Position numbers and translations under genes: made by a program
Notes under the pieces: generated by a model
What the model saw: only the letters and a program-made list of their open reading frames with translations
Databases searched by the model: none
Told to the model about the DNA's origin: nothing
In this document: positions 17,580 through 27,243 of the stretch, piece after piece
How the letters are laid out: each line of letters opens with the position of its first letter
How positions within the stretch are numbered: the first letter of the stretch is position 1
Origin: a virus
Lineage: Duplodnaviria; Heunggongvirae; Uroviricota; Caudoviricetes
IMG/VR virus record: IMGVR_UViG_3300035210_000190
Length of the DNA stretch: 64,000 nt
Direction: 5' to 3' (one strand)

Positions 17580-18170
17580 ATGATTTTAAATAAGACTAAA
17601 CAAACAGGTTTCATTGGGCTTGATGTAATTATGGTAATCGGCATTATGTTGTTGATTATTGCTGTTGCATTGACACTTTATGGATCTGCCAGAGATAAAA
17701 GAAATGATCAAGAAGTTAATTATTTAGGTTTTATTTATCATTTAAGTATGTCTAGTGGGAAGGGATTAATTGTTTATAATGAAAAAGAAGTGTCAGAAAT
17801 TCAAAAAACTGTTATTAGATCATTAGATTGCACTAAAAATTATTGTGCTCCACTAAAAACTGATCTTTCAATTGGGGCTTTTATTTCAATTAATTATATT
17901 AATGATGTTGCACATGATATTAAAATTTATTCAACTAATGTAAGTTCTATTTTCTTCAAGAATAACAAAAGCTCTTATTTTTATAGTGATAACTTTCATC
18001 TTGGAAAAAACACACTTGATGAGCATCCTGATTATGCTTATGCATTAAGCATTCAGACAAAGGTAACTCATGAATATTACTTAGCTACTGATTTAAACAA
18101 TCCGGTAAGTGAAGACGTATGTGTTCCATTTGGTTTGGATTGTTATGACGTTTTACATTATAAGCTTTAA
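17580..18170 (+). CDS. prepilin-like protein (class III signal)
   Basis: Basic leader KTKQTG|FIGLD then about 20 hydrophobic residues; two Cys pairs; paralogue of 18890 and 20945. Confidence 0.7.
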   Translation: MILNKTKQTGFIGLDVIMVIGIMLLIIAVALTLYGSARDKRNDQEVNYLGFIYHLSMSSGKGLIVYNEKEVSEIQKTVIRSLDCTKNYCAPLKTDLSIGAFISINYINDVAHDIKIYSTNVSSIFFKNNKSSYFYSDNFHLGKNTLDEHPDYAYALSIQTKVTHEYYLATDLNNPVSEDVCVPFGLDCYDVLHYKL

Positions 18171-18250
18171 AAAAGTTGAAAATGTAGCTTTTTATTGCTA
18201 TAATCTTTAAGTTGTTTATCAAAAATGTTAAACCATTATGAGGATTGTTA

Positions 18251-18484
18251 ATGCGAATTATTCGTATGGGTTATTGCAAGAAAATGCGTTTTGCCTATAT
18301 TCAGGCAAATTTTTGGGAACGAGTTTTCATCGACCTGAAAATCAAAAAACGCAATTCTGGTGTATTTCGAACTCATTCTCTTGGAGCATGGGTCAATAAA
18401 GCACAATACCTGATTGTTCCACGATCAACCAAAGGGCATGGTCTTTTTTCCGATAAGGAAAAAGCTGAGTATTATCGTAATTAA
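18251..18484 (+). CDS. hypothetical basic protein
   Basis: GAGGA SD. Confidence 0.7.
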   Translation: MRIIRMGYCKKMRFAYIQANFWERVFIDLKIKKRNSGVFRTHSLGAWVNKAQYLIVPRSTKGHGLFSDKEKAEYYRN

Positions 18485-18544
18485 TAGTTGCTAAAAAAAC
18501 TCGTTTTTGTTATAATTCAATATCACTTCAAAGAGGTTTTTATC

Positions 18545-18754
18545 ATGAGTATTCACCCCATCGTTAAAGATTTTCTCGCACAGCCTCTGCCTGATTCTGC
18601 CTACAAAGCAGCTTCATTAGATGAACACAAGATGCCTTCTCGGGCTTCGTTTGAACGAGTCAATCGCCTTCTGGCTAGCTTGACGCCAGCTCAAATAGAA
18701 AATGCCCGCAATGCCGCTCACCAGTATCTGTTTGGTAAAACGACTAAACAGTGA
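18545..18754 (+). CDS. hypothetical protein
   Basis: GAGG SD, TGTTATAAT promoter. Confidence 0.75.
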   Translation: MSIHPIVKDFLAQPLPDSAYKAASLDEHKMPSRASFERVNRLLASLTPAQIENARNAAHQYLFGKTTKQ

Positions 18755-18889
18755 ATTGCTGAAAAGTCCATTTACAATTAAAGAGCCTTAATGGCTCTTT
18801 TTTTATTGCTTAAATTCAATACACTTCGTATTTGATTTATCAATGATATTCGTTATATTTTATTACGTCCGTAATATTTGGAGGGGCTT

Positions 18890-19504
18890 ATGAGCACTAA
18901 TAAAATTATTATTATAAAAAGCGAATTTATAATAATTACATCTCTTTTAGTTATGATTATTATCTTGTCTTTTTGTACTTTCTATGAGTATAAGCGAAAA
19001 ACAGTTGTGGAGAATGTAGATTATTTAGCGTTCATCTATCATTTAGGATTATCTACTAATACTGATGGTGTCTATATCATTAACTATGATCAAGCATTAA
19101 ACATTCAAAAGGATGTTATCAAAAATTTAAATTGTTCAAGAGATAAAGACTACTGTTTTACATTTGACGATAAATTGGTTTCAGGTGCTTTTATTGAAAT
19201 CAGTTACATTAATAATAAAGTTGATTATCTTAAAATATATTCTAAAAAGATTGGTTTTATTTTTAATAACAATGTCTCAATTGAACCTTATTCAAAAGGA
19301 TTGTTTCCGCCTGAGTCGATTACTCAAAGTGAAAGCTTTCGCGTTGGAAGACCTAACACTTTGGTTATTGCTGCTATGATGAACCATGTGAAGCATGAAT
19401 ATTACAATGAAAACAATTTGGGAAACCAGATTACAGAAGAAGCTTGTATGCTGGCTAAAAATCAGTGTTTTGATGTTCTTTTTTACGAAAAAAATCCTGC
19501 ATAA
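18890..19504 (+). CDS. pilin-like family protein with degenerate leader
   Basis: Shares YL.FIYHL..S, GAFI.I.YIN and HEYY...C......C.DVL.Y with 17580. Confidence 0.7.
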   Translation: MSTNKIIIIKSEFIIITSLLVMIIILSFCTFYEYKRKTVVENVDYLAFIYHLGLSTNTDGVYIINYDQALNIQKDVIKNLNCSRDKDYCFTFDDKLVSGAFIEISYINNKVDYLKIYSKKIGFIFNNNVSIEPYSKGLFPPESITQSESFRVGRPNTLVIAAMMNHVKHEYYNENNLGNQITEEACMLAKNQCFDVLFYEKNPA

Positions 19505-19577
19505 CACTCATGAAGACGTTGACGGAAAAAGTCTTTTTTGCTATAATACATTCACTAAAAACCAATAGAGATCCAAC

Positions 19578-19994
19578 ATGACTGCGATTATCGTTAGCGA
19601 CAAAATCAAAGTTCCAGAAGGGCAAGAAAACAATCCTTGCGTGGGTTGTGGTGCTTGCTGTGCCTACTTTCGTGCATCCTTTCACTGGATGGAATGCGAG
19701 TCGGCTGGCGGCACCGTCCCTGATGACACCGTTGTTCAAGTCAGTCCACACCATGTCGCCATGAAGGGAACTGACAGCTCCACAACCCCTTACTGCGTTA
19801 ATCTGACTGGCACTATTGGTGTTGATGCGTTTTGTGGTGGTTACGCGACTCGTTCTTCCACTTGCCGTGATGGCTTTCCAGCTTCATATGAAGATGGTGA
19901 AAAAAATGAGCGGTGTGATAAAGCTCGGGCAAAACACGGACTTCGTGAGTTGACACCAGAAGATTGGGCTTGGAAAAACGCAGTAACAGCTTAA
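19578..19994 (+). CDS. YkgJ-family cysteine-cluster protein
   Basis: NPCVGCGACCAYFRASFHW.E, MKGT, C..L.G.IG...C..Y..R.S.CR, CDKARAKHGL. Confidence 0.85.
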   Translation: MTAIIVSDKIKVPEGQENNPCVGCGACCAYFRASFHWMECESAGGTVPDDTVVQVSPHHVAMKGTDSSTTPYCVNLTGTIGVDAFCGGYATRSSTCRDGFPASYEDGEKNERCDKARAKHGLRELTPEDWAWKNAVTA

Positions 19995-20087
19995 TAATTT
20001 TAAATCAATCAGGGGCTTCGGCCCCTTTTTTGTTGTTTTTGATTGTTCAAAGTGGTATAATGAGTTATCAAAACGAGGATAAGCCCG

Positions 20088-20456
20088 ATGAAAACTTTGA
20101 ATGCCGAAACCGTCAAAATCCAGTTGAACGCTTGTGGTGTTAAGGTTAATGATATTTCGAGTGATTTGAAGAAAATCGTTGAGGCCACCGTTTCATCCAG
20201 CCAAGAATCAGCATTCATTGAAGCGAAGGTTAACGCCATTCGCCTCGATTTGGCAGCAAAAGATTCCGACTTTAACCCAAAAGACATTGTTTTTTCCTTC
20301 TCCCCATTGCCACGTTCGGTGATCGTTTACAAAAATCAGCCATTCATTGTTGATTGCTCTCATAAAAATGGGCTGTTCTTGATTTCGATGTGTGGCGAAG
20401 AGTATGAAAATGCTCCTGTTGCAGAATACCCAGTTATTGGCACAATTACTATCTAA
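20088..20456 (+). CDS. hypothetical protein
   Basis: GAGGA SD after ATCAAAACGA leader. Confidence 0.8.
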   Translation: MKTLNAETVKIQLNACGVKVNDISSDLKKIVEATVSSSQESAFIEAKVNAIRLDLAAKDSDFNPKDIVFSFSPLPRSVIVYKNQPFIVDCSHKNGLFLISMCGEEYENAPVAEYPVIGTITI

Positions 20457-20465
20457 GAGGTTGGT

Positions 20466-20828
20466 ATGACGATTAAAGAAATGGATGCGGAAAACAAACG
20501 TTTTTGTTTTTGGTTTTTCGGTGTCGCCATCGTAGTTATTTTGCTTTTTACCTATTTGTCTGTTGCATATAGCTACAATAAAACAGGCGTTCAATCTGAA
20601 GTTTTTCAAAAAGAAGTTCCTATTGCTGTTAATGAGAATGGGTTTTTCTTTCAAGTTGAACTTCTCGATAAGTCTTTTAATCAACGTCTTCGGTGTGAGC
20701 GTGAACCCACTAAAAAAACCGCTTTGATTTCTTATCGAATTGTTGAAGTCAGAACAATTACTGGTAAATATAAAATGGTCCCCGATGTTGATGTGACGGC
20801 AAGCTGTAAAAGCCTTCTTGCTGTTTAA
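20466..20828 (+). CDS. membrane-anchored protein
   Basis: N-terminal TM helix, Cys pair in soluble part; GAGG SD. Confidence 0.75.
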   Translation: MTIKEMDAENKRFCFWFFGVAIVVILLFTYLSVAYSYNKTGVQSEVFQKEVPIAVNENGFFFQVELLDKSFNQRLRCEREPTKKTALISYRIVEVRTITGKYKMVPDVDVTASCKSLLAV

Positions 20829-20944
20829 TCGTTAACTTTATTCATTAAACCTCCTTCGTGGAGGTTTTTTATTTGCTTTGTTTATATTATTTGTTATAGT
20901 TTTTAATGAAGTTAGAACTTCAACAATAACTATAAGGTATAGCG

Positions 20945-21619
20945 ATGAATATAAAAAAAATAAACAAGCTGGCTGGTGGTGTTTCTTTGCTTGAACCACT
21001 TATGGTGATTGCTCTCTTTGCAATGATGATTATTATGGCAATAATTTACTACAGTGCTTCAACTAAAAGGTTTAATCCAGATTTTATGGATATTATAAGT
21101 TTTGCTAATAATTTAAACTCGTTACAATCAGATAAAGAAGTCATTACTTTAAAGTATAATGAAATAACGCCTTTTCAAAAAGATTTGTTTAGTAAAATAG
21201 ATTGTGTTCATTCCATATGTAAGCCTATTGACTTACAAAAATATCCGCCTAATACTTATTTAAGAATTTATTATAAAGATTCCAAGTTTGATTCTTTTTA
21301 TCTGTACACAAAAAAGAACAGTTCTATTTTTAACTTTAATACAACAGTTTATAATGATTGGGTTTCAAACATCTCTTTTGATCGATTTAAAGAAGAAGAA
21401 ATTACTTTGATTAAACGAGAGAAAAAAAGATACCCAGATATGAATCCTTTTATTACTTATTTATCAAATACATTTGATAATGTCTCTATTTATAATATCT
21501 CTGATAATGATCAATCTCTTGTAAAAGATGATAATTGTCCAGAAGCAAACTGCACCAGTGTGTTAGCGTATAAAAACAATCCAATCGTACAACTTGCAGA
21601 CAACAAAAAAGCCCTTTGA
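20945..21619 (+). CDS. prepilin-like protein (class III signal, Glu+5)
   Basis: KKINKLAGG|VSLLE followed by hydrophobic helix; two Cys pairs placed as in 17580 and 18890. Confidence 0.75.
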   Translation: MNIKKINKLAGGVSLLEPLMVIALFAMMIIMAIIYYSASTKRFNPDFMDIISFANNLNSLQSDKEVITLKYNEITPFQKDLFSKIDCVHSICKPIDLQKYPPNTYLRIYYKDSKFDSFYLYTKKNSSIFNFNTTVYNDWVSNISFDRFKEEEITLIKREKKRYPDMNPFITYLSNTFDNVSIYNISDNDQSLVKDDNCPEANCTSVLAYKNNPIVQLADNKKAL

Positions 21620-21648
21620 GGGCTTTTATTCATTCATTTCGGAAGCGA

Positions 21649-22260
21649 TCAAAGCTTCCCGGTATATTTCAACAACAACGTGCTCCTAATCCCTAGAATA
21701 GCCTCATTACAAGCAATCTGCCCTATTTCAATCATGTGCATGGCTTCTTCACTGGTAAACACACCAACTTCGATATCTTCGTCATAAATCCCATAGGCTT
21801 TTGACTGGTCGATATCACTGGCACTGAACGCACACAGGAAGTGGTGGTGTTTTTCACTTGATGATCCAGCACTGGTATACCCGGAGCCTAGATCGATAAG
21901 ATTGCTTTCGTTGACAATCACACCCGCTTCTTCGTTGGCTTCTTTGGCTGCAGTTTGTCGAGGTGTTTCTCTGATACCATTATTGATGTCAATATGACCG
22001 GCTACCACACTCCACAGGTATGGGTTAGTATCATATTCGTTTATGGCAGCACCCGGCCTAAACTGACGGATTAGCAGAAAGGAATCTTTATCCTTGTCAT
22101 ACAGCGTTAGGCAGACGGCATCCGCCTTTTTGACAATCAGAAAATTCAACTCACCACGATCACCTTTGAACTTTTCAAATTCAAAATGGCGAAATCCCAC
22201 TTGCATGAAGGGATAATTGATTTCAATCTTTTCGTTTAGTAATTTATAGGGTCTGTTCAT
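21649..22260 (-). CDS. Nudix hydrolase, ADP-ribose pyrophosphatase (NudF)-like
   Basis: AV..TLYD.....LLIRQFRPG, Nudix box AG.ID...ETP..TA.KEA.EEAG, SAGSSSEK, E.EDIEV. Confidence 0.85.
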   Translation of the reverse strand: MNRPYKLLNEKIEINYPFMQVGFRHFEFEKFKGDRGELNFLIVKKADAVCLTLYDKDKDSFLLIRQFRPGAAINEYDTNPYLWSVVAGHIDINNGIRETPRQTAAKEANEEAGVIVNESNLIDLGSGYTSAGSSSEKHHHFLCAFSASDIDQSKAYGIYDEDIEVGVFTSEEAMHMIEIGQIACNEAILGIRSTLLLKYTGKL

Positions 22261-22421
22261 ATTAGTCTCCATTTCTTGCAATGTTAACACAAAATTAGTG
22301 AAAAATACATGAGTTTCAGTTGTTTTACAAAAAAAACTCTAAAATATTAATCACAAATTAATGTTGTCAAAAACATGTTTTTTTGATAAAATACCCACAC
22401 ATTCAAAGAACGAGGCACATC

Positions 22422-22682
22422 ATGTCATTTTCCAAAGAATACACCGAAGCTGAATTGAAATGGGCTGACCAGTACAAAGGTGCTGTCATCCAAAATATCA
22501 AATACAGTGCTCCTAAGCACGCCCCAACTAATTTTTACTACTATGCCGAAATTCGTGCGGCGAATGGCGAACTGATGTTGTCGGCAACCTTGGATATGTG
22601 TGTTGAACGTCTTCAAGTTGTGGCTGAATGCCTCGCTTACTGGAAACACTTTTCGGAAGTGATTGATATTATCACTCCATAA
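22422..22682 (+). CDS. hypothetical protein
   Basis: GAGG SD. Confidence 0.8.
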   Translation: MSFSKEYTEAELKWADQYKGAVIQNIKYSAPKHAPTNFYYYAEIRAANGELMLSATLDMCVERLQVVAECLAYWKHFSEVIDIITP

Positions 22683-22817
22683 ACTACCCAGTTAATCAAA
22701 CAAACTGATTAAGCAGCTTCGGCTGCTTTTTTTTGTTTTTTTTATTCTATAATCTTGTTTTTTATGGCAGTTTTTGGTAAAATACACCCATCATAAAGAC
22801 GAAGAAAGGTCATTATC

Positions 22818-23192
22818 ATGAGCATTATTTACAAGACGGCTGCAGGCAAAGCACAAATCATCGAATTTTGCCAGATTGCGAAAACGCATCGCTTGTGCAT
22901 TCCGGGTTGGAACCTTATTTGTGATTTGAACTCGGTTGTTAATGGCTATACCGACCCGATTGAGGTTGAAATCAGCCTTGCTTATGATGGTGATAAACCC
23001 ATTGCTATCGCCCTAAAACATCACAAAGTAGTTCAATGCTTTGTTCGGGCCGCTTACCGCCGTAAAGGTATTGGTTCCGAAGTCATTAAACCGCACATGG
23101 ACAAAGAGGTCAGAACACTTTCCGGCACTGTTCACAGCAAGTCTTTTTGGCGAAAAAATGGTGTTGGTGTCTCATATCAGCGTATGGTATAA
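22818..23192 (+). CDS. GNAT-family acetyltransferase
   Basis: Acetyl-CoA motif FVRAAYRRKGIGSEVI and FW.K.G. Confidence 0.8.
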   Translation: MSIIYKTAAGKAQIIEFCQIAKTHRLCIPGWNLICDLNSVVNGYTDPIEVEISLAYDGDKPIAIALKHHKVVQCFVRAAYRRKGIGSEVIKPHMDKEVRTLSGTVHSKSFWRKNGVGVSYQRMV

Positions 23193-23225
23193 TTACTCCC
23201 TACCCAAGAGACAGAGATTACCCTA

Positions 23226-23615
23226 ATGACTATTAAATGTTTGGAACTTGACGGTTGGATGGACCCAAAAAAACGTGGGTTTGCCGATACAGTTCGTATG
23301 GGTCCATACACTGAAATCGAACCAAAACTTAATGTTAATGGTTGGTTTCTTCAAGGTAATGAATGCTGGTTTGAAGTGGATGGCAAAGCCTATTCCTGCC
23401 CGCGTGAAATGTTTGATTACAATATGAACATCCTGAACGTCCGTGAACTCTCTATGTTGGAAGTGGATGCTCTCCGTCAGATTGTTGAAGCCAAGCTAGC
23501 GACACCCAAACAGAAAAAACTGTATGGTTTTCATCGTCTTCATGGTAATAAGTTCGATGAACACAAATCTCGCCGGAAAAAGCTTTTGAGAGACATGATG
23601 AGTAAAAAGAGCTAA
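23226..23615 (+). CDS. hypothetical protein
   Basis: 129-aa co-oriented ORF before GGGC-TTCG-GCCC terminator. Confidence 0.8.
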   Translation: MTIKCLELDGWMDPKKRGFADTVRMGPYTEIEPKLNVNGWFLQGNECWFEVDGKAYSCPREMFDYNMNILNVRELSMLEVDALRQIVEAKLATPKQKKLYGFHRLHGNKFDEHKSRRKKLLRDMMSKKS

Positions 23616-23708
23616 ACATTCTTATTAATCACTTAGATAAGGGCTTCGGCCCTTTCTTTTTGTTTCTTTTTTTGTTATAATAATGACCTATATTAAGAGG
23701 TTGTTCTC

Positions 23709-24197
23709 ATGAAGAAAACATTTTGGAAATCCTATTTCACTGAACTGAGTACCATGTTCAGGCAGAACGTTTTGTTCATGTCTCTACTGGTTATCTTCGT
23801 TGTAACTTCTCCCATTGGTTACTCTTTCTTGTCATGGTATAACACAGAAGTTCCGGCGACGTTGGTTGCTCATGACCCTGTGGCTTACCCTCACAAATAT
23901 AAGCAAAAGGTTGAATATCGCTACTACGCCACTTTTTATTTTCCAGATATAAAGGCAAATAAAACCATTGAAATTGCTGAGAGAACCCATTTCCATGCGA
24001 AAGCCGGGGACGTTTATCTGTTCAAGCGTAGCCATAAATTGCAAACGGGTGCTTACAACTTTTACTCCATAGTGGGATTGCTTCAATGTCTGGTCACTGC
24101 TTTTGCCTTTATTTTTTTGGTTGGTCATTTCTTGGCGTTTACGAATAAGCATTGGAGCGTCAAGAAAAAAGATACAAGCTATACCTATCCCGATTAA
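23709..24197 (+). CDS. two-TM membrane protein with beta-rich loop
   Basis: TM-soluble-TM layout like 58807; GAGG SD. Confidence 0.8.
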   Translation: MKKTFWKSYFTELSTMFRQNVLFMSLLVIFVVTSPIGYSFLSWYNTEVPATLVAHDPVAYPHKYKQKVEYRYYATFYFPDIKANKTIEIAERTHFHAKAGDVYLFKRSHKLQTGAYNFYSIVGLLQCLVTAFAFIFLVGHFLAFTNKHWSVKKKDTSYTYPD

Positions 24198-24260
24198 AAA
24201 GGCTTGCCTAAAATCCTGTTTTTTGGTATAATTATCCCATCAAAAGAAAAGGGGTTTATC

Positions 24261-24524
24261 ATGAACAAATTCATTATCGCCATTGTTCTTTGCTTGTTTA
24301 CTACCTTGGCTTCGGCTGCTAGTGACCCGGTTCGGATTAAATACAATGGCAGTCGTGGTTGGGATGTTTCTTCCCCTATGTATCGTTCGACCAGCAGTCA
24401 GGCAAAATCGAAAGTTCGTTACTACGAGAACCTGCCTAAAAAACAAGTTCGTCAGTCTTTCCGTGAGCTGGACAAGAAGTTGAATAACAATATCAATCGC
24501 AGCCTGAAAAAACTGTTTCGCTGA
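24261..24524 (+). CDS. exported basic protein
   Basis: Signal peptide MNKFIIAIVLCLFTTLASA. Confidence 0.8.
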   Translation: MNKFIIAIVLCLFTTLASAASDPVRIKYNGSRGWDVSSPMYRSTSSQAKSKVRYYENLPKKQVRQSFRELDKKLNNNINRSLKKLFR

Positions 24525-24591
24525 CAGGCGGTAATTGTATGTAAGTTGGTTGTTGTGTAAACTATGAATATAACCCAAGAGGATTCAAATC

Positions 24592-24711
24592 ATGAAAAAT
24601 GAACTTGTTTCACTGGTTGTTTCAGCAACTTGCCTTCCATTCATCTTTCCAGCTTACATCGGATACCACCTGTTCTTTGCTCGAAACGATAAAGCCCCAG
24701 TAAAACGTTAA
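24592..24711 (+). CDS. small membrane protein (39 aa, not in ORF track)
   Basis: GAGGA SD; MKNELVSLVVSATCLPFIFPAYIGYHLFF... Confidence 0.65.
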   Translation: MKNELVSLVVSATCLPFIFPAYIGYHLFFARNDKAPVKR

Positions 24712-24827
24712 GTCTCAGCGGTATAACAAACAAGCCTAAATTGCGAAATTTAGGTTTTTTTTATTTCAAAAACATAGTATTTGCATCTTTTTTGTTGTAT
24801 AATAGCCACTTAAACACAGAGGATTTG

Positions 24828-25313
24828 ATGATGGAAAAGCGTTGGGTTAACACTAACCAAATTGTTATCAATAAAGCTTTTATGGCTTTTGCCAAGCACA
24901 ATTTCTCAAAATACAAAGGCTGTGGCGGAGCTGAAACTTATTCTGAAATAGATAAGCAAGGTCGTTTGTCTTATGTTTATGAAGTTTCTAACCATTTTCA
25001 GTCCTCTTGGTCTAATTCCGATGTCTTGACCCATGACAATAAGTTTTATGCAGAAGAATTTGACAGAACAGTTCGCTTTTATGTTGGGCTTGTTGTCCCT
25101 CGTTTGAAAAAACGACATGTGGCAGCTATTGCTAATCTTGTTAAGCCGGCCATGTCTGAATGTCACCATTCTTATTCTTCTGATTGGTATACACGGATTG
25201 ATTTTAATGGGAGAGTTGTCACATTAAGTAAAGTTGTAGAAATTGCAACTCAATATTTGAAGGAAAATATGCTGTATCGTGAAAAAAATGAATTTTTCGC
25301 AGCTAACGATTAA
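24828..25313 (+). CDS. hypothetical protein
   Basis: GAGGA SD, TGTATAAT promoter. Confidence 0.8.
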   Translation: MMEKRWVNTNQIVINKAFMAFAKHNFSKYKGCGGAETYSEIDKQGRLSYVYEVSNHFQSSWSNSDVLTHDNKFYAEEFDRTVRFYVGLVVPRLKKRHVAAIANLVKPAMSECHHSYSSDWYTRIDFNGRVVTLSKVVEIATQYLKENMLYREKNEFFAAND

Positions 25314-25334
25314 TAGAAAAGCGGAGACATTCTT

Positions 25335-25559
25335 ATGACAGCAAAAGCCCCACAATCCATGCCAGAAATGTTTAAGAGACATGGCGATAACAATCACATT
25401 CCAGCGGCCCGTCCTGCTGCCTCTGCTGCCCCACCAGCACGAGCGAGTGCGAAGGCATTGCCTACATTTTTTACGTTGAAAAGTATCATTATGGACGACA
25501 AATCTCTTTCAGCAGAACAAAAAATTAGTCTGCTTGATAAAATCAGTAATTTGTATTAA
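25335..25559 (+). CDS. hypothetical protein, Pro/Ala-rich linker
   Basis: GGAG SD. Confidence 0.75.
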   Translation: MTAKAPQSMPEMFKRHGDNNHIPAARPAASAAPPARASAKALPTFFTLKSIIMDDKSLSAEQKISLLDKISNLY

Positions 25560-25651
25560 AAATTCAGCCATTATTAAGAAGCCTAAATTGAGAAATTTAG
25601 GCTTTTTTGTTTTATTTATGCTATAATGAATCATTGAAATTACTAGGTGTC

Positions 25652-26275
25652 ATGACCATGATTGATGAATGTGAGTCTAAACTTGTTTACACTTCTTACG
25701 TCAACTATTTGGAGGCGATCAAGGAAAATAAACTTGTCGATTTAACTATTGTTGACCATAGTTTAATGTGTGATGATTTCAGCTACTGCTTTCGCCAAAA
25801 TTCTTTATTTCATTATGAATGCCAAAAAGCTGGTATTTATTCCCTCATCACTAAAACACTGGTTGAAAATCTTGCAGAGCTTTTGCAAGGTAAACGATGC
25901 CTTGAAGTAATGGCTGGGCGTGGTCTTTTGGCACATCATTTGAATAAGGCGGGTGTATCTGTTTTGGCAACCGATGATAACTCTTGGTCTTTGAATGACC
26001 TTGAAGTAACACAAATGTCTGGCCTCGACGCTGTTCACCAGTATTATGACCAAATGGACGCTCTCATTCTCTGCTGGCCTCCTATGAATAATGCAGCTTT
26101 TGAGATCATCAAGGCTTGGGGGACTGAAAAGCCTATTCTGGTGGGTGGTGAAATAGGAGGATGTTGTGCAGATGAATTGTTTGATTCTCATTTTAAAGGT
26201 GACTTTCTTGATGTAGGCTACGTCTCATTTTCAGGAATTCACGATTCTTTCCAATGGGGGCACTTCAAACCATAA
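25652..26275 (+). CDS. SAM-dependent methyltransferase fold protein
   Basis: Motif I LEVMAGRGLL, ATD, LILCWPP, GE.GGC. Confidence 0.8.
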   Translation: MTMIDECESKLVYTSYVNYLEAIKENKLVDLTIVDHSLMCDDFSYCFRQNSLFHYECQKAGIYSLITKTLVENLAELLQGKRCLEVMAGRGLLAHHLNKAGVSVLATDDNSWSLNDLEVTQMSGLDAVHQYYDQMDALILCWPPMNNAAFEIIKAWGTEKPILVGGEIGGCCADELFDSHFKGDFLDVGYVSFSGIHDSFQWGHFKP

Positions 26276-26383
26276 CTTTGGCTATTAAAACCCTGTTTTA
26301 TATGGCGTTTAGTTCTTTATCTTGGGTTGACTTTCAAGATCGATAGCATTATAATATCGACACTTTGAAGGAGATAGTAAGTT

Positions 26384-26881
26384 ATGATGCTTTTGAAAAA
26401 CCTTACCATTCTACTGGCCCTTAGTGCCTCTACTGTTTTCGCTGCTGAAAAAGAGGCTGTTAGCCGTTGCGACTCGAATGATGAATGCTTGAAGTTGGCC
26501 GAGGTTCTTTACTTTGAAGCTCGGGGTGAAACCAAAGAAGGTATCATTGCTGTTGGTCAGGTGGTTCTTAACCGAACTGCTCGGGCTGGTGATACGATTG
26601 TCGCAGTTGTCGATAAAAAAGTGATTGTCAAAAACAAGATCATTTGTCAGTTTTCATATGTCTGTGAGCTTCTTAACGGAAAGCCAAAGCAAATCAAAAA
26701 TGACAAGTTGAAAGTTATCGCCCAAGGCTTGTTGGATAAAAAATATCCAGATTACGCCAAAGGTGCCGACCATTTCTTTAACACGTCTATCGAAGCCCCT
26801 AGTTGGTCTAAGAACATGACGCATGTAAACTCTATCGGAAGTCATATGTTCTACGATTCAACCCGTGAAACAGACTCCTAA
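26384..26881 (+). CDS. cell wall hydrolase, SleB/Hydrolase_2 family
   Basis: Signal peptide; LA..LYFEARGE, VGQVVLNR, CQFS, GADHF, IGSHMFY. Confidence 0.9.
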   Translation: MMLLKNLTILLALSASTVFAAEKEAVSRCDSNDECLKLAEVLYFEARGETKEGIIAVGQVVLNRTARAGDTIVAVVDKKVIVKNKIICQFSYVCELLNGKPKQIKNDKLKVIAQGLLDKKYPDYAKGADHFFNTSIEAPSWSKNMTHVNSIGSHMFYDSTRETDS

Positions 26882-27007
26882 GCCTGCTTAGCAACAATTA
26901 ATCGCCCCTTTTGATTTCGGTCATTAGGGGTTTTTTGTTGGTTTAATTTATTGAAATTCTCACTGTATTCAGGTATAATCAACATTCTTAACAAGGGTTC
27001 TTTTATT

Positions 27008-27226
27008 ATGACAAGCGAACGTAATTATGGTCGTAACATCATCGTTCATGGTTTGAGCAATGGCCGTTCAGGTGTCGGTATCTTTGTTTCTCGATTGGCA
27101 CCACTTGCTTTAGTTTCCAGTGATATGCTGGCTGAATTCAAGAATGATAAATGTGTTCAATATCAACGGAATGATAAACCATACGGTAAAAAATACCGCA
27201 ATTCATTTCTTGGTAAATCTAAATAA
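27008..27226 (+). CDS. hypothetical protein, tandem paralogue A
   Basis: Shares YG..II..G...GR.G.G and DKPYGK.YR.S with 27244. Confidence 0.75.
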   Translation: MTSERNYGRNIIVHGLSNGRSGVGIFVSRLAPLALVSSDMLAEFKNDKCVQYQRNDKPYGKKYRNSFLGKSK

Positions 27227-27243
27227 TCAGGGGATCTTATTTC

